Shown here in pieces: positions 36,872 to 46,408 of a stretch of DNA of 55,758 bases. The stretch is from a virus (Duplodnaviria > Caudoviricetes). The stretch spans positions 1-55,758 of the IMG/VR virus record IMGVR_UViG_3300046777_000527; one strand, written 5' to 3'. Numbering within the stretch: position 1 is the stretch's first letter; each line of letters opens with the position of its first letter. The notes below the pieces were generated by a model. The model did not search any database. It was not told the origin of the DNA and worked only from the letters and a program-made list of their open reading frames with translations. The position numbers were made by a program, and so were the translations under genes.

Positions 36872-36901
36872 CTCCTCTGCAAAACGGGGTATATTTATAT
36901 T

Positions 36902-36977
36902 TCCAGCGGCGGTGTGGTGGGTACACGCAGACCGACAAGGCTAGGTTGCTCGGTTCGAATCCGAGACGCTGGACTCC
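36902..36977 (+). pseudogene. Degenerate tRNA-like element (possibly Val-GAC derived)
   Basis: Acceptor TCCAGCG/CGCTGGA, D-arm GTGT/ACAC, perfect T-arm CTCGG-TTCGAAT-CCGAG; anticodon stem broken, extra A between T-stem and acceptor, no CCA. Confidence 0.55.
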
Positions 36978-37006
36978 TTTACAAAACGGCACCCCAGTGT
37001 TATAAC
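36978..37006 (+). promoter_or_regulatory. sigma70-type promoter for the packaging/structural arm
   Basis: TTTACA-N17-TATAAC with TG at the extended -10 position; ATG follows 7 nt after the -10. Confidence 0.6.
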
Positions 37007-37013
37007 CGCGCCC

Positions 37014-37643
37014 ATGGTTAACATCGAACCTACAGCGGGGCCTGCTGTGCCTTACAACACGGACCCCGAGGAAGCCAAAACCTTCCACGACACACTAGCT
37101 GTGGCGGCAAACACTGCTGACCTATTAAAAGAGCTAGGTGCTCCGATGGAGACAGAAAAGGACGACATAGACAAAGTCGTCAACCTCCTTAAAGCCAGCG
37201 AACGACATAAAGCCCCAGTAGCTTTGCGAGACTCCGGTACCGCCAGCGCCGCCGCTTTGTTCCTAAAGTCATATGCCAATAAAGTAGCTGCCGATGCAGC
37301 TGAGATACGCAGTGCTATCACGGCAAAACTGATGGAGATTGCGAACTGTGGCGACCCACGGTATGAACTCAAAGCTCTGGAACTGCTAGGCAAACATAGT
37401 GACATCGGCCTCTTTACTGAGCGCAGCGAGATAACGATCAACCACAAGACATCCGACGACCTAGAAGCAGCTATTAAAGAACGAGTAAAGCGGCTGCTCA
37501 ATGCGACCACCGTGGATGTGACCCCCGTAATAGATAATCTTGATGAAGAACTCGGCGTGATAGACGACGAGCCGCGTGCGTTGCTAGACGAGATAGGCGG
37601 AAAAGCCGACGAGGGGGACGATGACGACACCCACCCTCAATAA
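37014..37643 (+). CDS. Putative terminase small subunit
   Basis: Immediately upstream of and overlapping TerL; LKALELLGK...GLFTER pattern typical of TerS. Confidence 0.7.
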   Translation: MVNIEPTAGPAVPYNTDPEEAKTFHDTLAVAANTADLLKELGAPMETEKDDIDKVVNLLKASERHKAPVALRDSGTASAAALFLKSYANKVAADAAEIRSAITAKLMEIANCGDPRYELKALELLGKHSDIGLFTERSEITINHKTSDDLEAAIKERVKRLLNATTVDVTPVIDNLDEELGVIDDEPRALLDEIGGKADEGDDDDTHPQ

Positions 37644-39147
37644 TCTAAGCCTGAAAGACATACCTAGCATCCTCCCGCTGCTTAGTCAGTCGGAGCAAAG
37701 GCAGCTGCTGCTTGAGCTAGAGACGCTAGCAGAGCTAAAGAGAAAGGAAGGCGCGCAGAAATACTTCATGAACTTCGTTCAGGAGGTGTGGCCGACGTTC
37801 ATTGTGGGGCGGCATCACCGCAGGATGGCGGAAGCGTTTGAAAGGGTGGCAAATGGGACTTGTAAACGTCTTATTATTAATATGCCTCCTCGCCATACTA
37901 AGTCCGAATTTGCTTCTTATCTTCTCCCTGCTTGGTTTTTAGGGAAATTTCCGCATAAAAAGGTCATTCAGACGTCCCATACTGCTGAACTAGCGGTAGG
38001 TTTTGGTCGAAAAGTGCGAAATTTGGTGGATTCCGAGGTCTATCAGCGCATTTTTCCGGGTGTAGGACTGCAAACTGACAGTAAAGCAGCCGGTCGATGG
38101 AACACAAACAAGGCTGGTGACTACTTCGCTATCGGTGTGGGGGGTGCCGTGACCGGTAAAGGTGCGGATATCCTGATAATTGACGACCCGCACAGCGAAC
38201 AAGAGGCTGCACTGGCTCAAGTGAACCCCGAAATCTACGACAAAGTGTACGAGTGGTACACATCTGGCCCACGTCAGCGTCTACAACCGGGTGGAAGCAT
38301 AGTTATAGTGATGACTCGGTGGTCTTTGCGTGATCTGACCGGGCAAGTTATCAAATCTTCAGCCGCACGCGGCGGAGATGAGTGGGAAGTCATCGAGTTT
38401 CCTGCATTATTGCCATCTGGTAACCCACTTTGGCCTGAGTTCTGGTCTCTTACGGAGCTGGAAGCACTAAAGACGGAACTGCCGAACGCAAAGTGGATGG
38501 CTCAGTACCAGCAACAGCCCACATCCGACAGTGCGGCTATTGTTAAGCGTGAGTGGTGGAGGGTCTGGGAGGGTGAGGACCCGCCTGCATGTGACTTTAT
38601 CCTGCAAACATGGGATACGGCGCACGAGAAGAACACCCGGGCGGACTTTAGTGCCTGCACCACGTGGGGGGTGTGGTACAACCCCGAGGACAACGACCAG
38701 CCTAACTTGATACTGCTAAATAGCTTCAAAGAGCGGCTGGAGTGGGTGGAGCTCAAGAAGCGCGCCTTTGAGCACTACAAGGAGTGGGAGCCCGACAACA
38801 TCCTGATAGAGAAAAAAGCCACGGGTGGGCCGCTGATATATGAGTTCAGGGCCATGGGCATACCTGCCATGGAGTTTACGCCGGGCAAGGGCAACGACAA
38901 GATAAGTAGGCTAAATGCCGTCTCAGACATCATAGCTTCAGGTAAGGTGTGGGTACCTGAGACACGGTGGGCCGAGGAGCTGGTGGACGAGATAGCGTCA
39001 TTCCCCAGTGGAGAGCATGACGACTTAGTTGACGCGACCACACTGGCGCTGATGAGGTTTAGACAAGGTGGGTTCATACGCCTGCCTAGCGACGAGCCGG
39101 ACGAGATCAAGTGGTTCAAGTCGCACAGACGCGAAGCATATTATTAA
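37621..39147 (+). CDS. terL: Terminase large subunit
   Basis: MPPRHTKS (Walker A), IIDDP (Walker B), MTRW, QYQQQP, WDTA, HDDLVDA nuclease motifs. Confidence 0.95.
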   Translation: MTTPTLNNLSLKDIPSILPLLSQSEQRQLLLELETLAELKRKEGAQKYFMNFVQEVWPTFIVGRHHRRMAEAFERVANGTCKRLIINMPPRHTKSEFASYLLPAWFLGKFPHKKVIQTSHTAELAVGFGRKVRNLVDSEVYQRIFPGVGLQTDSKAAGRWNTNKAGDYFAIGVGGAVTGKGADILIIDDPHSEQEAALAQVNPEIYDKVYEWYTSGPRQRLQPGGSIVIVMTRWSLRDLTGQVIKSSAARGGDEWEVIEFPALLPSGNPLWPEFWSLTELEALKTELPNAKWMAQYQQQPTSDSAAIVKREWWRVWEGEDPPACDFILQTWDTAHEKNTRADFSACTTWGVWYNPEDNDQPNLILLNSFKERLEWVELKKRAFEHYKEWEPDNILIEKKATGGPLIYEFRAMGIPAMEFTPGKGNDKISRLNAVSDIIASGKVWVPETRWAEELVDEIASFPSGEHDDLVDATTLALMRFRQGGFIRLPSDEPDEIKWFKSHRREAYY

Positions 39148-39156
39148 GGATAGATC

Positions 39157-41634
39157 ATGGCAATCGACAAAGCACTATATGCAGCACCTCAAGGACTGGG
39201 CGTGGAGGAGATGGAGCCTGACCTTGAAATTGAGATCGAAGACCCGGAGTCAGTGACTATCGGCATGGATGGTCTGGAGGTTGAGATCACACCTGACGAC
39301 GAGGAGGATGACTTTGATGCCAACCTCGCTGAAGAGATGGATGAGCAGGAGCTGGCGATACTAGCTGGTGAGTTAATAAGTGACATCGAGGATGACCTGT
39401 CGTCCCGCAAGGACTGGGTGCAGACTTATGTTGATGGCCTTGACCTACTGGGGATGAAACTTGAAGAGAGAACGGAGCCGTGGGCGGGAGCTTGTGGAGT
39501 CGTACATCCGCTTATGTCGGAAGCTTTGGTTAAGTTCCAGTCCGAGACCATCATGGAAACTTTTCCGGCGGCTGGTCCTGTCAAAACTAAGATCATCGGA
39601 AAAGAGACTCCGGAGAAAAAAGACGCTTCAGAGCGTGTACAGGCAGATATGAATTACCGCCTGACGGAGCAGATGCCTGAGTTCCGTCCAGAGCATGAGC
39701 GCATGTTGTGGGGCTTGGGTCTGTCAGGCAACGCATTTAAGAAGGTCTACTATGATCCGGCACTGGGTCGTCAGGTGTCTATATTTGTCCCGGCTGAAGA
39801 CTTGATCGTGCCGTACGGCGCGAGTTCTCTGCGCACAGCGGAGCGTGTCACACATGTGATGAGGAAGACCGAGAACGAGATGAGGAAGCTGCAGGTCGAT
39901 GGCTTCTATAGAGACATTGATCTGGGCGAGCCACAGAATATTCTTGATGATATCGAGAAGAAGATCGCTGAGAAGCTGGGCTTTAGAGCAACAATAGATA
40001 GTCGCTACAGACTGTATGAAGTGCAGGTTGAGTTAGACCTGCCGGGGTATGAGGACAAGGATGAGGACGGAGAACCAACGGGGATCGCACTCCCATACAT
40101 CGTCACAGTCGAAAAAACCAGCCAAAAAATCCTTGCCGTCCGCCGCAACTGGCGGCCAGAAGACAAGCTCAAGAACAAGCGCAACCACTTCGTCCACTAC
40201 GGCTACGTCCCGGGGTTCGGCTTCTACTGCTTCGGACTCATTCATCTTATCGGAGCTTTTGCAAAGTCGGGCACATCCATTCTGCGTCAACTGGTTGATG
40301 CAGGCACCCTCTCCAACCTTCCGGGTGGGCTTAAATCTAGAGGACTGCGCATCAAAGGAGACGACACCCCCATCACTCCCGGCGAATTTAGAGATGTCGA
40401 TGTCCCGAGTGGAAGCATTAGGGACAACATTCTCCCTCTCCCCTACAAAGAACCCAGTCAAGTCCTAGCAGGCTTGATGAACCAGATCATCGAGGAAGGC
40501 CGTCGGTTCGCCTCTGCTGCAGATATGAAGGTCTCCGACATGTCGGCGCAGGCGCCTGTGGGCACCACGCTGGCAATTCTGGAGCGCACACTTAAAGTGA
40601 TGTCGGCAGTTCAGGCCCGCATCCACTACTCGATGCAAGAGGAGTTTAGGCTTCTCAAAGACATCATCCGTGACTACACCTCACCTGACTATGACTACGA
40701 GCCCTTCGAAGGCCGTCCGTCAGTAAAGCAGGAAGACTATGACCAAGTAGACGTCATCCCGGTCAGTGATCCTAACGCTGCAACCATGAGTCAGAAAGTG
40801 GTGCAGTATCAAGCTGCACTGCAGCTGGCACAAACGGCTCCGCAACTGTATGACCTGCCATACCTGCACCGTCAGATGTTGGACGTGCTGGGCATTAAGA
40901 ATGCATCAAAAATGGTGCCGCTGCCAGATGACCAGAAGCCACGTGACCCCATCACGGAGAACATGGACCTGCTAAAAGGCAAGCCGCTAAAAGCATTCAT
41001 GTTCCAAGATCATCAGGCGCATATCATGGTCCACCAAGCTGCAGTGCAAGACCCCAAGGTGCAGATGCTACTTGCACAGAATCCGAACGCACAAGCAATG
41101 ATGGCGGCTATGCAGGCGCATATCGCAGAACACCTAGGCTTTGAGTACAAGCGTCAGATGCAAGAGATGATGGGTATCGAGCTGCCGGACTACGACGAGG
41201 ATGAGGACACCGTCATTCCGCACGAAATGGAGAACCGCATCGCTCAGGCTGCAGCTCAAGCGTCGCAGGTTCTGCTACAGCAACATCAGCAGGAGGCGCA
41301 AGCGCAACAGGCGCAGCAACAGCTGCAAGACCCTGTGGTCCAGATGCAGATGCAAGAGCTGGCCATCAAGCAAGCAGAACAGCAACGCAAGGCACAGAAG
41401 GACGCCATCGACGCACAGCTCAAGCAAGAGCAGCTGGAGATCGAGCGTCAACGCATCGAGTCGCAAGAGCAGATCGCTGGTGCAAACCTTGCTATGAAGC
41501 ATCTAAACGACAAAGAACGACTGGACGCAGAGCAGGAGCGTGAGGGCTTTAGAGCTGGCATGCAGATGATGCAGAAGCGCCATGAGGTCGCTAATAAACC
41601 ACAACCCAAGCCGCCTACCAAGAAAGGTGAATAA
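39157..41634 (+). CDS. Portal protein
   Basis: Follows TerL; 825 aa; GNAFKKVYYD and a long Q-rich C-terminal helical barrel region as in P22-like portals. Confidence 0.85.
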   Translation: MAIDKALYAAPQGLGVEEMEPDLEIEIEDPESVTIGMDGLEVEITPDDEEDDFDANLAEEMDEQELAILAGELISDIEDDLSSRKDWVQTYVDGLDLLGMKLEERTEPWAGACGVVHPLMSEALVKFQSETIMETFPAAGPVKTKIIGKETPEKKDASERVQADMNYRLTEQMPEFRPEHERMLWGLGLSGNAFKKVYYDPALGRQVSIFVPAEDLIVPYGASSLRTAERVTHVMRKTENEMRKLQVDGFYRDIDLGEPQNILDDIEKKIAEKLGFRATIDSRYRLYEVQVELDLPGYEDKDEDGEPTGIALPYIVTVEKTSQKILAVRRNWRPEDKLKNKRNHFVHYGYVPGFGFYCFGLIHLIGAFAKSGTSILRQLVDAGTLSNLPGGLKSRGLRIKGDDTPITPGEFRDVDVPSGSIRDNILPLPYKEPSQVLAGLMNQIIEEGRRFASAADMKVSDMSAQAPVGTTLAILERTLKVMSAVQARIHYSMQEEFRLLKDIIRDYTSPDYDYEPFEGRPSVKQEDYDQVDVIPVSDPNAATMSQKVVQYQAALQLAQTAPQLYDLPYLHRQMLDVLGIKNASKMVPLPDDQKPRDPITENMDLLKGKPLKAFMFQDHQAHIMVHQAAVQDPKVQMLLAQNPNAQAMMAAMQAHIAEHLGFEYKRQMQEMMGIELPDYDEDEDTVIPHEMENRIAQAAAQASQVLLQQHQQEAQAQQAQQQLQDPVVQMQMQELAIKQAEQQRKAQKDAIDAQLKQEQLEIERQRIESQEQIAGANLAMKHLNDKERLDAEQEREGFRAGMQMMQKRHEVANKPQPKPPTKKGE

Positions 41635-41825
41635 TGGACAAAGTCATCGAAGTTGTACTGATAGAGCTGCGCTCCAGACGACAGCAGCTCTCAGAGGCTG
41701 TGTCACAAAACAACGCCAAGACTATCGAGGACTATAGATATATGTGTGGTGAAATCCGAGGTCTCACCACCGTAGAGATGTACCTTTTAGACCTCGCTAA
41801 AAATATGGAGTCATTTGATGAGTGA
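41634..41825 (+). CDS. Conserved small hypothetical protein
   Basis: YRYMCGEIRGL motif; TAATG overlap. Confidence 0.7.
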   Translation: MDKVIEVVLIELRSRRQQLSEAVSQNNAKTIEDYRYMCGEIRGLTTVEMYLLDLAKNMESFDE

Positions 41826-42225
41826 AATCCTAATCGGCTCAAACCCCGATTCGCTGGATGCAACAACCTTACCCGCCACAGCTGAAGAGAAAGGTAAACA
41901 GCTGCCAGAGCCTACGGGGTACCACATCCTTGTGGCGTTGCCTGAAGTTGAAGGTACCTACGACAGCGGCCTAGTAAAAGCCGATCAGACCATGCACTAC
42001 GAGCAGGTGCTAGCTACTGTGTTTTTTGTAGTGAAGCTCGGTCCAGATGCATACACGGACAAAGCTAGGTTCCCTAACGGACCATGGTGCAAGCAGGGTG
42101 ACTTTATTCTTGCCCGCCCTAACAGTGGCACCCGCCTAAAAATTCATGGTCGGGAGTTCCGTCTGATTAATGACGATTCTGTCGAAGCGGTCGTAGACGA
42201 TCCGCGTGGCATTTCGCGTGCGTAA
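41815..42225 (+). CDS. groES: GroES/Cpn10-like co-chaperonin
   Basis: PTGYHILV...VVKLGPDAY...KQGDFIL...GREFRLINDDSVEAVV. Confidence 0.8.
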   Translation: MMSEILIGSNPDSLDATTLPATAEEKGKQLPEPTGYHILVALPEVEGTYDSGLVKADQTMHYEQVLATVFFVVKLGPDAYTDKARFPNGPWCKQGDFILARPNSGTRLKIHGREFRLINDDSVEAVVDDPRGISRA

Positions 42226-42236
42226 GGAGTATCAAC

Positions 42237-43220
42237 ATGGCTAAAGCTGGAATGGATGACTACAAGTTCCCCGATGAGATCGAGGACAAAGAGCCGGAGC
42301 TGAAGGTTGAGCTGCCGGAGGATGATTTTAAAATTGAAATTGAGGACGACACCCCACCCGAGGACAGAGGCAAAACGCCTATGCCGGAGGCTATTGTTAA
42401 CGAAGTGGAACAAGACGAGCTTGAGGAATATTCTGACAAAGCCAAGGAACGGCTAAAGCAGCTCAAGAAAGTCTGGCACGACGAGCGCCGTGAGAAAGAG
42501 CGGGCTCTGCGGGAGCAGCAGGAAGCCCTACGTGTAGCCCAGCAGATGTTAGCAGAAAATAAACGCCTTAAGGAAACTCTTACAAAAGGTGAGCAAGAGT
42601 ACATCTCTACGATGCAGTATGCGGCTGACCGCGACCTAGAGATGGCAAAAGAGAAACTAAAGAAGGCTCAGGAGACCTACGACCAAGATCAGGTTATAGA
42701 AGCTCAGCAGGAGTTGTTTGAGGCCACAATTCGCAAGGACAAGGCTAAAAACTTTAGACCTACTTTACAAACTACAGAAACTGAGGTACAACTGCCGCAA
42801 AATCAGGGCCAGTCTCAAGCGGCAGCCCCTGACCCCAGATATGCAGCATGGGTTTCACGCAACGAGTCATGGTTTCAAAAAGACCCTGAAATGACTAACG
42901 CGGCGTACGGACTCCATGAAAAGTTAGCTCAACAGTACGGCCAACAATATATTGGTACTGATGAGTACTACCAGCGGATAGATAACACTATTCGCAAACG
43001 TTTTCCTGAGGCGTTTACAAACAACGCCGCAGCAGATGAAGAACCTGCTGACTCCAAACCTCAGCGCCGGGCGAGCACCGTTGTAGCTTCTGCCAAGCGA
43101 AGCACTGCTCCGAAGAGTATTAAGCTGACAGCGACCCAAGTAGCGCTGGCGAAGAGGCTCAAACTAACACCGGAACAGTACGCTAAAGAACTTCTTAAAC
43201 TGGAGAATCGCAATGGCTGA
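42237..43220 (+). CDS. Putative scaffolding protein
   Basis: Acidic coiled coil with C-terminal LTATQVALAKRLKLTPEQYAK; located between portal and capsid genes. Confidence 0.7.
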   Translation: MAKAGMDDYKFPDEIEDKEPELKVELPEDDFKIEIEDDTPPEDRGKTPMPEAIVNEVEQDELEEYSDKAKERLKQLKKVWHDERREKERALREQQEALRVAQQMLAENKRLKETLTKGEQEYISTMQYAADRDLEMAKEKLKKAQETYDQDQVIEAQQELFEATIRKDKAKNFRPTLQTTETEVQLPQNQGQSQAAAPDPRYAAWVSRNESWFQKDPEMTNAAYGLHEKLAQQYGQQYIGTDEYYQRIDNTIRKRFPEAFTNNAAADEEPADSKPQRRASTVVASAKRSTAPKSIKLTATQVALAKRLKLTPEQYAKELLKLENRNG

Positions 43221-43668
43221 AAAAGACAACCGCCTCACCCGTGAGCTTGAATCCCGTGCAGCTGTAGAACGCCCTAAGCAGTGGGCACCCGCAGAACTCC
43301 TGCCGGAACCGGACAAACAACCCGGTTTTAACTATAGGTGGATTCGCGTAGCGACGCTGAACCAAAACGACCCCCGCAATATTTCCGCAAAACTGCGTGA
43401 AGGCTGGGAGCCGGTAAAGCTGTCGGAGCAACCACAATTTCAACTGCTAGTCGATCCGAATAGTCGCTTTAAGGACAACATCGAGATCGGCGGGTTGTTG
43501 CTGTGCAAGACGCCATCTGAGTTTGTTGAGCAGCGGACTGAACACTACCGCAAGCAAACTGAAGCTCAGACGTTAGCAGTGGACAACAGCTTAATGCGTG
43601 AGAATGACCCTCGCATGCCTTTGTTTAACGAGCGGAAGTCTTCCACATCGTTCGGCAAGGGTAGGTAA
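43213..43668 (+). CDS. Conserved head-region protein
   Basis: YRWIR...KLREGWEPV motif; head module synteny. Confidence 0.7.
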   Translation: MAEKDNRLTRELESRAAVERPKQWAPAELLPEPDKQPGFNYRWIRVATLNQNDPRNISAKLREGWEPVKLSEQPQFQLLVDPNSRFKDNIEIGGLLLCKTPSEFVEQRTEHYRKQTEAQTLAVDNSLMRENDPRMPLFNERKSSTSFGKGR

Positions 43669-43691
43669 ATTTTTAACTTTGGAGCTTAACT

Positions 43692-44348
43692 ATGGCATAT
43701 CCTACCGTTGACAAGCCTTACGGCTTGAAGCCGATCAATCTGATCGGTGGTCAGCCTTATGCCGGTTCCACTCGCCTCATGAAGATTGCTTCTGGCTATG
43801 CCACCAGCATCTACTACGGCGACGTGGTAAAGCGTGTTTCGAACGGTACCATTGAGAAAGACACTGGCACCTCGACCGCTACACCGGTTGGCATTTTCCT
43901 AGGCTGCACTTACACCAGCGCCGTTACTGGCCAGAAGCTGTTTGCTCAGTACTTCCCCGCTGGCACTGTAGCTTCGGACATTCAGGCATACGTGGTCGAT
44001 GACCCTGATGTTCTGTTCAAAGTAGCTACCGTTTCGTCTGGCACCACTGTGGCTTTCTATGGCCCAGAGCTGGTCGGTGAGAACGCTGTTCTGGTTCAGA
44101 ATGCTGGTTCGAACACCACTGGTGACTCGGCTGTTGGTATCTTCGGTGGCAACACTGCAACTACCGCGTCGTTCCCGGTTCGTATCGTTGACTTGATTCC
44201 TGACACCTCCAATAGCGCTAATGGCTACTGCGAGTACGTCTGTAAGTTCAACGCACCGTATATGGTGTCTACCTTCACTAGCCCGGGTAATACCGTGGCA
44301 ACTGTAGTGACTGGCGGCCATCAGTATCTCAACCCGACAGGCGTATAA
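43692..44348 (+). CDS. Putative capsid decoration/cement protein
   Basis: Directly upstream of the MCP, beta-rich, highly biased codon usage. Confidence 0.6.
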   Translation: MAYPTVDKPYGLKPINLIGGQPYAGSTRLMKIASGYATSIYYGDVVKRVSNGTIEKDTGTSTATPVGIFLGCTYTSAVTGQKLFAQYFPAGTVASDIQAYVVDDPDVLFKVATVSSGTTVAFYGPELVGENAVLVQNAGSNTTGDSAVGIFGGNTATTASFPVRIVDLIPDTSNSANGYCEYVCKFNAPYMVSTFTSPGNTVATVVTGGHQYLNPTGV

Positions 44349-44360
44349 GGAGTCTGACAA

Positions 44361-45269
44361 ATGGCTATTTCACGTGCACAACTACTGAAAGAGCTGCTGC
44401 CCGGCCTGAACGCCCTGTTTGGTCTGGAGTACGCACGCTACGGCGAAGAACACAAGGAAATCTACGAGACCGAGACTTCCGAGCGTTCGTTCGAAGAAGA
44501 GACCAAGCTGTCTGGCTTCAGCGCAGCTCCGGTCAAAAACGAAGGTTCTGCAATTGCGTACGACAATGCGCAGGAAGCATGGACCGCTCGCTACAACCAC
44601 GAAACCATCGCTCTGGGTTTCTCGCTGACCGAAGAGGCCATCGAGGACAACCTGTATGACAGCCTCTCGGCTCGTTATACCAAAGCGCTGGCTCGTGCTA
44701 TGGCCTACACCAAGCAGGTTAAGGCTGCCAACGTCCTGAACAACGGCTTCTCGTCTACTTACCCCGGTGGTGACGGTGTTGCTCTGTTCTCGTCGGCGCA
44801 CCCGCTGGTGTCTGGTGGCACTAACAGCAACATCCCCTCCACCCCTGCTGACCTGAACGAGACTTCTCTGGAAGCCGCCGTTATCCAGATCGCAGCATGG
44901 ACGGATGAACGTGGCCTGCTGATCGCAGCTAAGCCTCGCAAGCTGGTTGTCCCGCCTGCCCTTCAGTTCGTTGCGACTCGTCTGCTGGAAACCGAACTGC
45001 GCGTCGGTACCAACGACAACGACATCAACGCCCTGAAGAACAATGGCTCGATCCCTGAGGGCTACACGATCAACCACTTCCTGACCGACACGAACGCATG
45101 GTTCCTGACCACTGATGTTCCTAACGGTATGAAGCACTTTGTTCGTACCCCGCTGGCTCAGTCAATGGATGGTGACTTTGACACCGGCAACGTGCGTTAT
45201 AAGTCCCGTGAGCGTTACTCGTTCGGCTGGTCTGACCCGCTGGGCATGTATGGCTCGCAAGGTGCCTAA
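44361..45269 (+). CDS. Major capsid protein
   Basis: MAISRAQLLKELLPGLNALFG, DGVALFSSAHP, RERYSFGWSDP; strong RBS, strongest codon bias, followed by a terminator. Confidence 0.9.
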   Translation: MAISRAQLLKELLPGLNALFGLEYARYGEEHKEIYETETSERSFEEETKLSGFSAAPVKNEGSAIAYDNAQEAWTARYNHETIALGFSLTEEAIEDNLYDSLSARYTKALARAMAYTKQVKAANVLNNGFSSTYPGGDGVALFSSAHPLVSGGTNSNIPSTPADLNETSLEAAVIQIAAWTDERGLLIAAKPRKLVVPPALQFVATRLLETELRVGTNDNDINALKNNGSIPEGYTINHFLTDTNAWFLTTDVPNGMKHFVRTPLAQSMDGDFDTGNVRYKSRERYSFGWSDPLGMYGSQGA

Positions 45270-45276
45270 ATGAAAC

Positions 45277-45299
45277 GAGGGGGTTTCGGCCCCCTCTTT
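45277..45299 (+). terminator. Rho-independent terminator after MCP
   Basis: GAGGGGG-U-UUCG-G-CCCCCUC followed by UUU. Confidence 0.75.
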
Positions 45300-45321
45300 C
45301 ATGTGCTATAAAAGCAGTATT

Positions 45322-45397
45322 CCGGGGCTCCCCGGTGAGGCAAACGGTTCCCGGACCGACTTCATGCAGATTGCCCCACCGAACTCGCATGAGAGGA
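45322..45397 (+). ncRNA. Candidate pseudoknotted leader RNA overlapping an RBS
   Basis: CGGTGAGGCAA/TTGCCCCACCG stem enclosing a CGGT/ACCG hairpin; enclosed TTCATGC pairs with downstream GCATGAG, which overlaps the SD GAGAGGA. Confidence 0.45.
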
Positions 45398-45405
45398 CAA
45401 TTTAA

Positions 45406-45879
45406 ATGCCTGTATCTACTACCCAAAGTATTTGGCGCTCGGGCGGCGGCGACACGACCCGTCAAGCTTATTGCGGCTCCGGTGTCATGGCTGCTGGTTT
45501 CTATGTTGCTAATGCAGCTGTTTCCGGTAACGTCGTTGTTGCTTCTGGCCAAACTGCACCTGTCATTCTGCCTGCTAACGCGGTAGTAACGTCGGTTGTC
45601 ATTACAACTCCGCTGGACTCTGGTTCGATCAATGTCGGCTACCAGACCGTGACTGGCGGCGCTTCTAGCGCAAACTTCTACGTTTCGGCGCTGGCTGCTA
45701 CCTCGGCTAAGACCATCACTCCCGGCGCAACCGGTGCAGGTTCGGGTGTTGGCACAACGGCAAACGCTTCGGTGAACTTCACCATCACTACTGAGAGTGC
45801 AAGCTCGGCTGTGGGCGACGTCGGCGGCTACATCACTTACTACGTCACTGATTACCTGTTCGGCCAGCAGAACGTCTAA
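45406..45879 (+). CDS. Putative structural protein
   Basis: S/T/G/A/V-rich beta protein downstream of MCP. Confidence 0.7.
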   Translation: MPVSTTQSIWRSGGGDTTRQAYCGSGVMAAGFYVANAAVSGNVVVASGQTAPVILPANAVVTSVVITTPLDSGSINVGYQTVTGGASSANFYVSALAATSAKTITPGATGAGSGVGTTANASVNFTITTESASSAVGDVGGYITYYVTDYLFGQQNV

Positions 45880-45891
45880 TAGGAGGTCGTC

Positions 45892-46161
45892 ATGACCATG
45901 CAAACAGACGTTAAGGCTAAAAGCCTTGGATCGACAGGTTTAGTGTATGAAGGCCGCACTCGGGTCAAAGGCTTAATTATTGGCGCGAGTGCTAGTGCGG
46001 GAAACGTGACGTTGGCTGATGGTGGCGTAAACGTATTTGCCATTCAGACGGTTGCAAACGGAGAAACTTTCAACGCGCTTATTCCGGGCGAGGGAGTTCT
46101 TTTTTCAACTAACGTATCCGCGACGTTGCTTAACACAACTGTTACGGTGTTCTATGGCTAA
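45892..46161 (+). CDS. Putative structural protein
   Basis: RBS AGGAGG; ends TVTVFYG. Confidence 0.7.
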   Translation: MTMQTDVKAKSLGSTGLVYEGRTRVKGLIIGASASAGNVTLADGGVNVFAIQTVANGETFNALIPGEGVLFSTNVSATLLNTTVTVFYG

Positions 46162-46408
46162 GAGTCCAGCATGGCAGCGCAAGGAAGGCAAGAACCCCAA
46201 GGGTGGACTCAACGCCAAAGGGCGAGCCTCCTACAACGCGGCGAACCCCGGCAAACCGGGCCTGAAAGCACCTCAACCCGAGGGCGGCCCTCGCCGGGAT
46301 TCCTTCTGCGCCCGCATGAAGGGTATGAAGAAAAAGCTGACCTCAGCCAAAACTGCCAACGACCCGAACAGCCGTATTAATAAGTCTTTGAGGGCATGGA
46401 AATGCTGA
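46154..46408 (+). CDS. Small basic conserved phage protein (DUF6321-like)
   Basis: Start ATG 46154; GGLNAKGRASYN...RRDSFCARMKG...SLRAWKC. Confidence 0.7.
   Translation: MAKSPAWQRKEGKNPKGGLNAKGRASYNAANPGKPGLKAPQPEGGPRRDSFCARMKGMKKKLTSAKTANDPNSRINKSLRAWKC

Noticed and set aside
36902-36977. Functional tRNA or attP site
   Set aside because: The anticodon arm does not pair, there is no CCA, and no integrase is present in the window.
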